From Gemmatimonadota bacterium (GTDB lineage Bacteria > Gemmatimonadota > Gemmatimonadetes > Palauibacterales > KS3-K002), in the NCBI GenBank assembly GCA_039586795.1, contig JBDHJS010000007.1, positions 1 through 64,000 on the forward strand: a DNA stretch of 64,000 nucleotides, in the 5' to 3' direction. This document shows positions 1 to 9,300 of this stretch, in pieces (position 1 is the stretch's first letter; each line of letters starts with the position of its first letter). The translations under genes and the position numbers were made by a program. Below the pieces are notes generated by a model. That model worked only from the letters and a program-made list of their open reading frames with translations, was not told the DNA's origin and searched no databases.

Positions 1-365
1 AACTAGTTCTGTAGAATCCCCCGTGGCTGGGTGAGCGGGGCGGCGCCTTTACGGTGCAGCTTGCCCAGCCACTTTCCTTCCCGAAGCTCGTTCAGACTTC
101 CCAACAGATTCCAGAAGTGAACTCCCGGCAGGGGCTTCCCAGATCTTCCGGACCCTTGCCTATGACACGGCAAAACGGCTAGCTTGAATTGTTAACATAA
201 GGGCAGAGGGTTGTAGAGGCGGGACTTCCTTGCACCGGGAAAGCCAAGGATTGGCCCCAACCGCTCTACACAGACCGGTACCCGCTCCCACTCGCGGTTA
301 TCCTTGTGCCGCCGGGCTCCCTCTTTTTGCGTCCAAATCCCACACATTTACAGGTCCAGGCTGAT

Positions 366-2264
366 ATGACTGAGCCCAGCGTTCAGCCCCGGGAACATCT
401 CGACCTGCTCTTCCAAGCCAGCCAGGAGTTCAATGCGACGCTGGACTTCGAGGAGCTGCTCCCCCGGGTATTCGACCGCTCATTGGACATCCTGAATGCC
501 GAGGCCGGTTCGATCTGGCTGCGGGAAGGCGATGCGGTGGTCTGCCAGATCGCCCGCGGGCCGGTGGGCGAGCAGATCGAGGGTCTCGAGCTGCCGTTGG
601 GCGCCGGGATCGTCGGGAGCGTGGCGCTGACCGGCGAGTCGGAGCTGGTGGCGGACGCGCGGAACGACGAGCGCTTCGTGCACCAGGTCGACGAGGCCAC
701 CGGGTTCGCGACGCGATCGATGATCGCCGCGTGCCTCAAGGCCGGCGACACCGTGCTGGGCGTGATCCAGATCCTGAACAAACAGTCGGGCACGGGACTC
801 TTCGACGAGAGCGACCTTCTCCTGGTCAACGGGCTCGCCTCGACCGCCGGGCTGGCTTTACGGAACGCCCAGCTCCACGACGCGGAGCGTCGCGCCCGTG
901 ACCTGAAGACGCTGCTGGGGATCAGTCGCGAGATCGCTTCGACGCTCGACGAAAACCGCATGGCGATGACGGTGGTCAACCTGGCGAGCCAGGCGCTGTC
1001 GTACGACCGGGCGGCGATCTCTCTCGAAGAGGGCGGTCGCCACATATTGACGGCGATATCGGGCGAAGAGCGCATCGACCGTTCCGACGAGAACAAGGAG
1101 CTGGAGCGCCTGATCGCCTGGCTGGCGGAGCGCGATGAAACGACGTACGTGCCGGACTTCGCGGCTAACGGCGAGGTGGCCAGCTCGATCAGCAACGCGT
1201 TCCCCGGCTACCTGGAGCGAACCGGCGTTCGGTCGATGACGGTGATCCCGTTGAAGGATGAAGAGGGTCGGCTAGGCGCATTCTATATGGAGTCGAAGAC
1301 GCCCGGCTTCCTGGGTGAGAACGGCCGCGAGGCCGCAGAGTTGCTCGCCAACCAGGTCTCGGTTTCGGCGCGTAACGCGGACCTCTACAGCCAGGTCCCG
1401 TTCATCGGTTTTCTGGAGCCGTTGGCCGATTGGCAGCGCCGCGTCTTCTCGATGAAGGCGCGGACGCTGCTCACCCGATTCGTGCTCCCCGTCGCCATCG
1501 TGGTGGCGATCGGACTCATCCCGTACGCCCAACGGATCTCCCCACGTGAGACGGCGATTCTCCCCGGCAGCCGCATGCCGGTCCGGGCCACGGTCGACGG
1601 GTTGCTCACGGACATCAGGGTGACGGAGGGTGATGTCGTGAACCGGGGCAGCGTGCTCGCCTTGCTGCGGGACGACGAGATCCGCATGGCGATCCAGGAG
1701 ACGAGCGCCGAGCTGGCGGTCGCGGAACGCGAGGCGGCGGCGGCGCTGGCCGAGGGCGACGAGTCGACGGCGCGCATCGCCCAGATCGATGTCAACCAGC
1801 TGTCCGACCGGCTCGGCCTGCTCAACGATCAGCTGGCTCGCACCCGGCTGCGTGCCGAGGTGGCCGGCGTCGTGCTGACGCCGCGGCCAGACGAGCGGCT
1901 GGGTGAATGGCTGAGCGCGGGCGAGACGTTCGTGTTGCTGGGCGAGACGGAGCGCCTCGAGGTAGAGGCGCGGGTGTCACAGGCCCACATCGATCGCGTG
2001 GCGCTGGGCCAGCGCGTGCGACTCAAGGTCCCGGCGCGACCCAACTACACGTTCGTGGGCACGGTCACGGAGATCGCGCCCTACGCCGAGTTGAGCGATC
2101 GCGGCGAGCCGACGTTCGTGGTCCGGGCCGGACTGGACAACGAGCGCGGTCTGCTGCGTCCCGGGATGGAAGCGCGGTCGAAGATCGTCGGAGCCCGACG
2201 CCCCATCGGTTATCTGTTGGCCCGCCCATTCGTTCGTTGGATCCAAATGCGCTTTTGGCGGTGA
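366..2264 (+). CDS. GAF-GAF-TM-HlyD (membrane fusion protein) fusion
   Basis: Two GAF repeats (GIVGSVALTGE...VLGVIQILNK...FDESD; VRSMTVIPLKDEEGRLGAF), a TM helix, a lipoyl/barrel-sandwich segment (ATVDGLLTDIRVTEGDVV), a coiled coil and the MFP C-terminus LRPGM. ATG 366 preferred over GTG 306. Confidence 0.85.
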   Translation: MTEPSVQPREHLDLLFQASQEFNATLDFEELLPRVFDRSLDILNAEAGSIWLREGDAVVCQIARGPVGEQIEGLELPLGAGIVGSVALTGESELVADARNDERFVHQVDEATGFATRSMIAACLKAGDTVLGVIQILNKQSGTGLFDESDLLLVNGLASTAGLALRNAQLHDAERRARDLKTLLGISREIASTLDENRMAMTVVNLASQALSYDRAAISLEEGGRHILTAISGEERIDRSDENKELERLIAWLAERDETTYVPDFAANGEVASSISNAFPGYLERTGVRSMTVIPLKDEEGRLGAFYMESKTPGFLGENGREAAELLANQVSVSARNADLYSQVPFIGFLEPLADWQRRVFSMKARTLLTRFVLPVAIVVAIGLIPYAQRISPRETAILPGSRMPVRATVDGLLTDIRVTEGDVVNRGSVLALLRDDEIRMAIQETSAELAVAEREAAAALAEGDESTARIAQIDVNQLSDRLGLLNDQLARTRLRAEVAGVVLTPRPDERLGEWLSAGETFVLLGETERLEVEARVSQAHIDRVALGQRVRLKVPARPNYTFVGTVTEIAPYAELSDRGEPTFVVRAGLDNERGLLRPGMEARSKIVGARRPIGYLLARPFVRWIQMRFWR

Positions 2265-2267
2265 GCT

Positions 2268-3122
2268 ATGAAGACGAAATGCAGAACCCTGACAGGCAGC
2301 GCGCTAGCGATCATCACAGCGGTGGCCCTCAGCGGCTGCAGCGAAGAGATCGAGACCAATCCGGAGATGACGCTGGCCCGGGCTGACATCACGAGCCTCG
2401 CGACGGCGACGGCGACGGCGGAGTCGGACGAAGGCTTCACGACGCATCTCTACTCCGAGCTCGATGTCGACGTGTTCAGCCGGCTGGGCAGCGGCGACTT
2501 CTTCGAGCAGGGTGTGATCCTCGAGAATATCCACGTCGAGGTGGGCGACCGGGTGGAGTCTGGCCAGCTGCTGGCGACGCTGGAAGACGACATCGCGGCG
2601 CTCGAGCTGGAAGCGGCGAAGGCGAACGCCGACGAAGCGGCCGCCAACTACGACCGGGTCGAGGAACTGAGAGAGCGCGAGCTTATCTCACCGCAAGAGT
2701 ACGACGCGGCGCTCTACGCCATGCGTTACGCCGAGGCGGAGCTGAAAAGCGCGAAGCTCAACCTGTCACGGACCCGGGTGCGGGCGCCGTTCGACGGCGT
2801 CGTTTCGCGTCGTTACGTCCGGGTCGGCGAGTTGATCGAAGGGAGCACGCCGCTGTTCCGCGTCACCGCGATGACACCCCTGCGCGCCCGGCTGTTGATT
2901 CCGGAAAGCCGGGCCAGCTCGTTCGTGGCCGGCGCGCCGGTGCAGATGACCGATGTGAACGGCGAGATGGCGACGGCGCGGGTGCTGGTCGTCGGGCCGA
3001 CGGTGGACCCGGGGAGCGGCACGCGTGAGGTGATCATCGAGCTCGAAGAGCCGAACGGATTTCGACCGGGTGCCGCGGTGAGTATCGCGCCGCTAACGAC
3101 CATGGAGGTCGAAAACCGGTGA
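2268..3122 (+). CDS. Efflux RND/HlyD periplasmic adaptor lipoprotein
   Basis: Lipobox ALSGC; VEVGDRVESGQLLATL, RAPFDGVV and FRPG motifs of MFPs. Confidence 0.85.
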   Translation: MKTKCRTLTGSALAIITAVALSGCSEEIETNPEMTLARADITSLATATATAESDEGFTTHLYSELDVDVFSRLGSGDFFEQGVILENIHVEVGDRVESGQLLATLEDDIAALELEAAKANADEAAANYDRVEELRERELISPQEYDAALYAMRYAEAELKSAKLNLSRTRVRAPFDGVVSRRYVRVGELIEGSTPLFRVTAMTPLRARLLIPESRASSFVAGAPVQMTDVNGEMATARVLVVGPTVDPGSGTREVIIELEEPNGFRPGAAVSIAPLTTMEVENR

Positions 3123-5185
3123 GCACCGCCCTCGACGCTCGACCGAAACTGAAAGACGACGTGAAGATCGTCCGCCGCGAGCACCGCGGCCGGGTCCACT
3201 ACATCGTCAAGGAGCCGGTAGACAAGAAGTACTATCAGTTCGGCGAGGTCGAGGTCGGCTTGATGAAGTTGATGGACGGGCGCCGCACGCCGGAGGACGT
3301 TTCCCAAGCGGCATTCAAAGAGCTCGGCATCACGCCACCCGCCGGCCAGGTCGCCGACTTTGCCGCCAAGCTCAAGCGGATGGGGATCGTCGAACGCACG
3401 CCCGCCGAGAAGCAGTTGATGCTGATGGAGCACGTGCGTTCGGACCGTAACGTTCGGGCGCGACGTCGCACGCAGGGCTCCATCCTCCGTCTGCGGTTTT
3501 CGATTGGCGATCCGGATCGTCTGTTCACCTGGATGGTCAGTCACATGCGCTGGGCCTGGACGCGCGCGTTCGTGTACGCGTCGATCACGCTGTTCATGGT
3601 CTACTTCGCGATTCTGATCGCCCGCTGGGATGCGTTCTGGGGCGGCACCGTAGGCATGTACACGCTGTCCGGGTTCGGACTGTGGGACTGGGTGCTGTTC
3701 TATTTCCTGTTCTTCGGCATCGGAGCCATACACGAACTCGGCCACGGGCTGACGACGAAGGCGTTCGGTGGAGACGTACGAGAGATCGGCGGCATGCTCC
3801 TCTACTTTTCGCCGGCCCTGTTCTGCAACACGAACGATGCCTGGACGTTCGAAAAGCGCGCGCACCGACTTTGGGTGACATTCGCCGGTCCCTGGGTCGA
3901 GATGATGATCGCCGGCATCGCTGCTATCGTCTGGGTGACGACGGAGCCCGCCACGTTCATCAACAAGCTTGCCTTTCTGACGGTTCTCTCCGCCGGCATC
4001 CTGGCCGTGCTAGCGAATCTGAACCCGATGCTGCCGCTGGACGGCTATTACGCGCTGTCCGACTACCTGGAGATCCCGAACCTGCGGCGCCGCTCGTTCG
4101 AGTACACCGGGTGGCTCGGCAAGCGGTTTCTGCTGGGTGTCAAAGCGGCGGAGCCGCCGGCCACGCCGCGGGAACGCCGCGTGTTCATCATCTACGGTAT
4201 CTCGGCGCTCTTCTACAGCATCTTCATCGCCGTGGTGTCCGCCGTCTGGTTGGTGTTGGTTATCGGGCGGTTCATCGGGCCGTGGGTGTGGGCCATCCTG
4301 GCGCTTGTCCTGTTGCGTTTGGCCGCCGGGCTAGGTGGAAGAAGTCGGGCTTTGGCGCAAGCGGCAACGACGACCTGGCGCGCAGGGTTCGTCCGCAACC
4401 GTCGCACGCTGTGGGGGCTCGCGGTGCTGACCCTGCTGATCATCCTCCCGTTCTTCACCCCGTGGACACTTCGCGCCCGGGGCGACCTGCTGATCGAGTC
4501 GCAGCCGCGGGCTCAGGTCCGGGCTGAGGTTGCCGGCTTGATCGATCGCTGGCATGTCCGGGAAGGCGAGTCGGTGGCAGCAGGCGACGCCATCGCGAGC
4601 CTGTGGAACCCGGAGCTGGAAGCGGCGGTGCTGGAGGGTCGAGCGGCGGTGGAGCGGCTGAAGCTGGACCGGGCACAGTCCGAGTTGGCAGGAGACCGAG
4701 CATCGGCGGCCGCCGCGTCGTCACAGCTCAACGAAGCAGAACGGGACCTGGCGGTTCTGGAGTCGCGACGCCAACGGCTGGTCGTTCGCTCGCCCGTCGC
4801 TGGCATCGTGATGGGCTATCGACTTGAGGAGCGCATCGGCGAAGCGGCGGAGGAAGGCAGGCTGCTGGTGGAAATCGCCTCGCCTGAAGCGCGCACGGCG
4901 CGGATTCACGTGCACCCGAAGCATGCGGGCGAAGTGGCGCCGGGTCAGACGGTGCGGCTCAAGCTCTACGCACGACCCCATCTCAAGTTCGTTTCGACCA
5001 TCGTGTCCGTGGCTCCGGCGGCCAGCGACGGCTGGCTGGAAGCCGAAGTCGCGTTCTTCAACGAGGACTGGCAGCCGGCGCCCGGGATGACGGGAGTCGC
5101 GAAGATAGAGACAGTGCGTATGACGGTGGCGCAAGCGATTCTGCGCGCCGTGCGCCAGACGATTCGAGTGGATTTATGGCTATGA
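3119..5185 (+). CDS. PqqD/RRE-like domain + site-2 (M50) metalloprotease + HlyD fusion (YydH-like peptide zinc metalloprotease)
   Basis: N-terminal RPKL...YIVKEP...YYQF...MDGRRT resembles a PqqD/RRE fold; HELGH (HExxH) and NLNPMLPLDG (M50 motif); several TMs; C-terminal MFP; GTGA overlap with the upstream stop. Confidence 0.85.
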   Translation: MSTALDARPKLKDDVKIVRREHRGRVHYIVKEPVDKKYYQFGEVEVGLMKLMDGRRTPEDVSQAAFKELGITPPAGQVADFAAKLKRMGIVERTPAEKQLMLMEHVRSDRNVRARRRTQGSILRLRFSIGDPDRLFTWMVSHMRWAWTRAFVYASITLFMVYFAILIARWDAFWGGTVGMYTLSGFGLWDWVLFYFLFFGIGAIHELGHGLTTKAFGGDVREIGGMLLYFSPALFCNTNDAWTFEKRAHRLWVTFAGPWVEMMIAGIAAIVWVTTEPATFINKLAFLTVLSAGILAVLANLNPMLPLDGYYALSDYLEIPNLRRRSFEYTGWLGKRFLLGVKAAEPPATPRERRVFIIYGISALFYSIFIAVVSAVWLVLVIGRFIGPWVWAILALVLLRLAAGLGGRSRALAQAATTTWRAGFVRNRRTLWGLAVLTLLIILPFFTPWTLRARGDLLIESQPRAQVRAEVAGLIDRWHVREGESVAAGDAIASLWNPELEAAVLEGRAAVERLKLDRAQSELAGDRASAAAASSQLNEAERDLAVLESRRQRLVVRSPVAGIVMGYRLEERIGEAAEEGRLLVEIASPEARTARIHVHPKHAGEVAPGQTVRLKLYARPHLKFVSTIVSVAPAASDGWLEAEVAFFNEDWQPAPGMTGVAKIETVRMTVAQAILRAVRQTIRVDLWL

Positions 5186-5880
5186 ATGACAAGGATCTGA
5201 ATGCGGATCTCCAGACAGCTAAGGCGACTGTTCCGTTTCTGGAGAACGTCAGCGATGATGTGCTGCGGGAGCTCGGCGAAATCGCGCGGTGCCACGACTA
5301 CCCGAAGAACAACATCCTACACTACCAGGGTGACCCGGCTGGCTCCGCCTACCTGGTGGTGGGTGGTCGCGTGAAGCTGTCGCTGATGAACGAGGAAGGT
5401 AAGGAAGTCGTCCTGGCGATCCTGCGCCCTGGAGGGATGTTCGGGCTGATTTCGGCTCTGGACGGAGGCCCGCAGCCTGCCAACGCGATCACGGTGGCGC
5501 CATCGCGCATCGCCACGTTCTCGGCCGACTCGTTTATATCGTGGCTCGAACGTCACAAGCTGGTCCGGGAGGCGCTGCTGAAGGAGCTCGGCCGGCGCGT
5601 TCGCGAATCTTACCAGAAGATCGGAGAGCATGCGCTGATGGGCGTGAAGGATCGCCTACTCTGCGCGCTGCTCGACATCGCCGACCGCGAGGGAAGACGC
5701 GAGCCCGACGGCGCGGCCGTCTTCACGCGACCCACGCATCAAGAGCTGGCCAACCGCATCGGCTCCAGCCGGGAGGTCGTCTCCCGCGTACTGAAGGAGC
5801 TACTGGAGAGTGAGCTTCTGCACGCCGACGGGCGGGTCATCCGCGTGCCCGAGTCGGCGCTCATACTCCGCGAAGACTAG
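5182..5880 (+). CDS. Crp/Fnr family transcriptional regulator
   Basis: cNMP-binding beta-barrel (HYQGDP...YLVVGGRVKL) and HTH THQELANRIGSSREVVSRVL; ATGA overlap with the upstream stop. Confidence 0.92.
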   Translation: MNDKDLNADLQTAKATVPFLENVSDDVLRELGEIARCHDYPKNNILHYQGDPAGSAYLVVGGRVKLSLMNEEGKEVVLAILRPGGMFGLISALDGGPQPANAITVAPSRIATFSADSFISWLERHKLVREALLKELGRRVRESYQKIGEHALMGVKDRLLCALLDIADREGRREPDGAAVFTRPTHQELANRIGSSREVVSRVLKELLESELLHADGRVIRVPESALILRED

Positions 5881-5897
5881 CGCTTAGTGCCGCCGAG

Positions 5898-6029
5898 CGT
5901 GACCAATGTCACCCGCAACGGTGAGCAACCACCCCCATTTCTGCCGTTACGCCGGTCACGCGTCGGCAGATCGAAGTGTCACGATTCCTCGCTGGCTGAA
6001 GTTACGAACGGGAGGTGACCTGCGTCGTC
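5898..6029. promoter_or_regulatory. Array of CRP-like boxes upstream of the peptide gene
   Basis: CGTGA-N6-TCACC (5898-5913), CGTTA-N6-TCACG (5945-5960), half-sites TCACG 5979 and TTACG 6002, and GGTGA-N6-TCGTC (6014-6029); candidate -10 TATCTT at 6051-6056. Confidence 0.55.
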
Positions 6030-6098
6030 GCAGCGAAAACCCAGACCGCCTATCTTGGGTTCGTCGCAGCAAGTTGTCCCTAATCGAGGAGAGGAATC

Positions 6099-6245
6099 AT
6101 GGAGAAGAAACAGCCGGTCCGTATCGAGCTCACGGAAGAGCAGAAGAAGCAGATCCAGGCCGCCACGGGCAAGGATGCTTCGGCGATCGAGCTCACGGTC
6201 GAAGAGTTGGAGGAGCGGGTGTCCCCACGTCGGGCGGCGAAGTAA
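6099..6245 (+). CDS. 48-aa putative precursor peptide MEKKQPVRIELTEEQKKQIQAATGKDASAIELTVEELEERVSPRRAAK
   Basis: Translated by hand. Strong RBS GAGGAGAGGA at 6086-6095, host-like codons, TAA at 6243-6245, followed by an intrinsic terminator. Not in the ORF track because of its length. Confidence 0.85.
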   Translation: MEKKQPVRIELTEEQKKQIQAATGKDASAIELTVEELEERVSPRRAAK

Positions 6246-6265
6246 GGCCACGTTCCTCACAATTC

Positions 6266-6309
6266 CGCGCGGGGCGGCCGCTACAAGCGGGCGCCCCGCG
6301 CGTTTTTTT
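6266..6309 (+). terminator. Rho-independent terminator after the peptide gene
   Basis: CGCGCGGGGCG-G-CCGCT-ACA-AGCGG-G-CGCCCCGCGCG followed by T7. Confidence 0.85.
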
Positions 6310-6334
6310 GCCTTCGCCCATAGGAGGTTGAGCC

Positions 6335-9300
6335 GTGGCCGCCAGTGATCCGATTCGCTTCTGCTCGGCCTGCGGCGTCGAGGCGCCACGCAGCGCTCAC
6401 TACTGCCTGTCCTGCGGCGCACCGCTGGACACGCAAGTCGGAATCGCCTGTCCCGCCTGCCAGACCAACAACCCGGACCGGGCCCGCTTCTGCCTGGGCT
6501 GTGGAGCTTGCCTCGCCTCGGTGGCGGACGCGGACCGGCGTATCGTCACCGTGATCTTCGCCGACCTTTCCGGGTTCACCCAGCTGACGGAACAGTTGGA
6601 TCCGGAAGAGGTGCGGGAGACGGTGGTCAGCTGCCTGAACCTGATGTCGGAGTGCATCATCCGCTGGGGCGGCTACGTCGACAAGTTCATCGGTGACTGC
6701 GTGATGGGCGTGTTCGGCGCGCCGGTGGCGTACGAGAACGAAGAGGAGAGGGCGGTGCGTGCCGCTCTGGACATGCAGTCCTCGCTGGCGGAGTGGCAGG
6801 TGGAGAGCGTGGTCAAATCGAGCGCGCTGGGCGATTACCGTCCGCAGGTCAGCATCGGGATCAACTCCGGCCCGGTGGTCGCCGGGCTGTTCGCCGCCGG
6901 CGGCGCTCGTGACTACACGGTTATCGGTGACACGGTGAACGTCGCTTCGCGATTGCAGGGCCTCTGCGAGCCCGGGCGCATTCTCGTCGGTCCGATGACG
7001 TCGGAGCAGACCCGACACCTGATCGAGTATGAGGAAGAGCAGGCGCTGGACATTCGCGGACGGCGGGAACCCGTGGTGGCGCGACATGTCATTGGGGCAC
7101 GCGCCCAGCGTGGCAAGACGCGGGGCTTCGGCGAAGAGCAGCCCCCCATGGTCGGACGAACGGCCGAGCTCGCTCGGCTGACCGAACTGTGGAAGCACAT
7201 GTCGTCTGGTTTGTTCCAAAGTTGCCTGATCGTCGGGCCGGCGGGGATTGGAAAGACGCGGCTGGTAGAGGAGCTGGTCACATCGCAACAGATCGATACG
7301 GAAGACCTTGCCGGTGGCCGCAGCTACCCCTACGCCAGCAGCGCTCCGTGGGAGCCCATCGCCGAGCTAGTGTGCGACCTCTATCACGTACCCACCGACC
7401 TCCATCCCAGCGAAGCCGCGACACGTATCGCCGCTACGTTCGGAGAGGTTTGGCCGCAAGAAGAGTTGGGCGCCCTCAAGGTTCTGTTGGGGAGTCCTAT
7501 CTCGGATGTGCATGAGCTACAGCACCATGGCGTCGGAGAACGCCGGGACTGGATAGCCTCCGCGCTACGAAGGTGTCTGATCAGCGCCGCCGACCGACCG
7601 CGTCTGCTGGTGCTGGAGGATCTGCATTGGGCCGACAGTACTACGCTCGATTTCCTTTGCACGTTGCCCGAGCTCGAGTTAGACGCTCCGATCATGGCCG
7701 TCATGGTGACAAGACCGCCGCTCCCCGGGGAATCACTCGTCGGCAAGCTGATCGACGCGACGACTCAGCTCATCGTGCTTCAGCCGCTGGATGCGGAACA
7801 GGCGCGAGAGCTGGTCGACACCGTATTGGGCCCTCACGAACTGCCTCCTGATCTCGTGGAGCTGATTGTTGAGCGTGCGGAAGGAAATCCGCTGTTTATC
7901 GAAGAGACGCTGAAGTCGCTGGGTGAAAACGGTTCGATCGAACAAGTGGACGAGAAGTGGCGGGCGAAGGGCGACATCGCGGATATCCAATTGCCGGAGA
8001 CGATCGAGAGCGTTCTGACGACGCGCATCGACGGGCTCGACAGCTCGACCCGCCAGGTTCTTCAGCTCGCCTCGATCGTAGGTCGCCGTTTCTGGTCCGG
8101 CGTGTTGGCCGATGCGCTGGCGCAGCGCTCCATCGACAGGGAGCTGGTTGACCTGCAGAAGAGCGCGTTCGTCCGCGCTCTCCCCTATTCCTCGGTTAGC
8201 GGCAACCGGGAGTTCATGTTCGAGCACCTGATGCTTCAGGAGGTGGCGTACGAGGGCATGCTTCGGGGCATGCGCACGGAGCTGCACGGCGCCGTGGCGC
8301 GCTGGTTCGAGGAGCAGCCGGCAAGTCAGCGCGGCGAGTACGACGAGCTGATCGCTTATCATCGCGAGCGGTCGGAGCAGCCGGCGTCCGCCGTACCGTT
8401 CCTTGAACGGGCGGCGCTGGCGGCGCGGGGTCGCGGCGCGTTGCTGGACGCCGCGTCACTGCTCGAACGGGCCATCAACCTCGCGACCGATCCAGCCATG
8501 CGCGCCGGGGTTCTTGTCGTCGTCGAGGAGGTCGCGGCTGAGGCCGGCGATTCGGAGCGACGAGCAAGCGCCATCGACGAGCTCGAGTCGATCGCCGGCG
8601 CGGACAGCGATGATCGGGTCGGCGCCGAGGCGGCCTATCGCCGTGCCCGGCTGCTTCGCGACGAGGGTGATCTGCAGGCCGCGCTGCCCAAGGCACAGCT
8701 CGCGCTCGAGTTGTACACGAAGCTCGACGACATCTCGTACCAGGGTGACGCTCTCAGGTTGTTGGGGCGCATCGCACATCTTTGGGGCGACTTCCCCGAA
8801 GCGCTTCGTTGTTACCGGTCCTCTCTGCCTCTCGAGCGTCAGGCCGGCGACCGGCAGGGTCAGGCCGAGATCTTCGATCTCCTCGGACTGGCCCAGGTCG
8901 ACCTGGGTCATTACACCACCGGTCTCGACTATTTCGAAGCGGCGCTTGATCTGTTCTCCGAGCTCGGTAACCGAATCATGGAGGCGCGGGTCCAGGGTCA
9001 CCGGGCGAACGCGCTGTGCTTGTTGGGTCGGTACGACGAAGCAGTGAAGTCTGCTCGCGCCGGTTTGGAGTTGGCCAGCCACAGCGGGTCGCGCCCGATC
9101 CGCGCAGGCACCCAGCTGGCGTTGGCGAACGCGCTATCCGCAAGAGGCGAGGCCGAGGAAGCGGCGGCCGTGGCTGCCGACGCCCGGGATCAGGCGACCG
9201 AAATCGGGCAGCCCAGGCTGGCGGCCCGAGCGATCTTGCTCATGGCTCTCAACAGCTACGGCGAGCTGTCGAAGCAGAACACGAGGGAAGCGCGCGCTCT

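Noticed and set aside
160..270. Possible c-di-GMP-I riboswitch (GGCAAA, GAAA words)
   Set aside because: The conserved elements are not in the required order or spacing.
6099..6245. Assignment as PqqA, lanthipeptide, lasso or PEARL precursor
   Set aside because: No ExxxY, no Cys, no GG site, and no modifying enzyme (rSAM, LanB/M, YcaO, ATP-grasp) in the window.
5906..6348. ORF-track entries 5906..6331 and 6055..6348
   Set aside because: No RBS, low-complexity translations, and both run through the terminator; the 6099..6245 frame has the RBS and typical codons.
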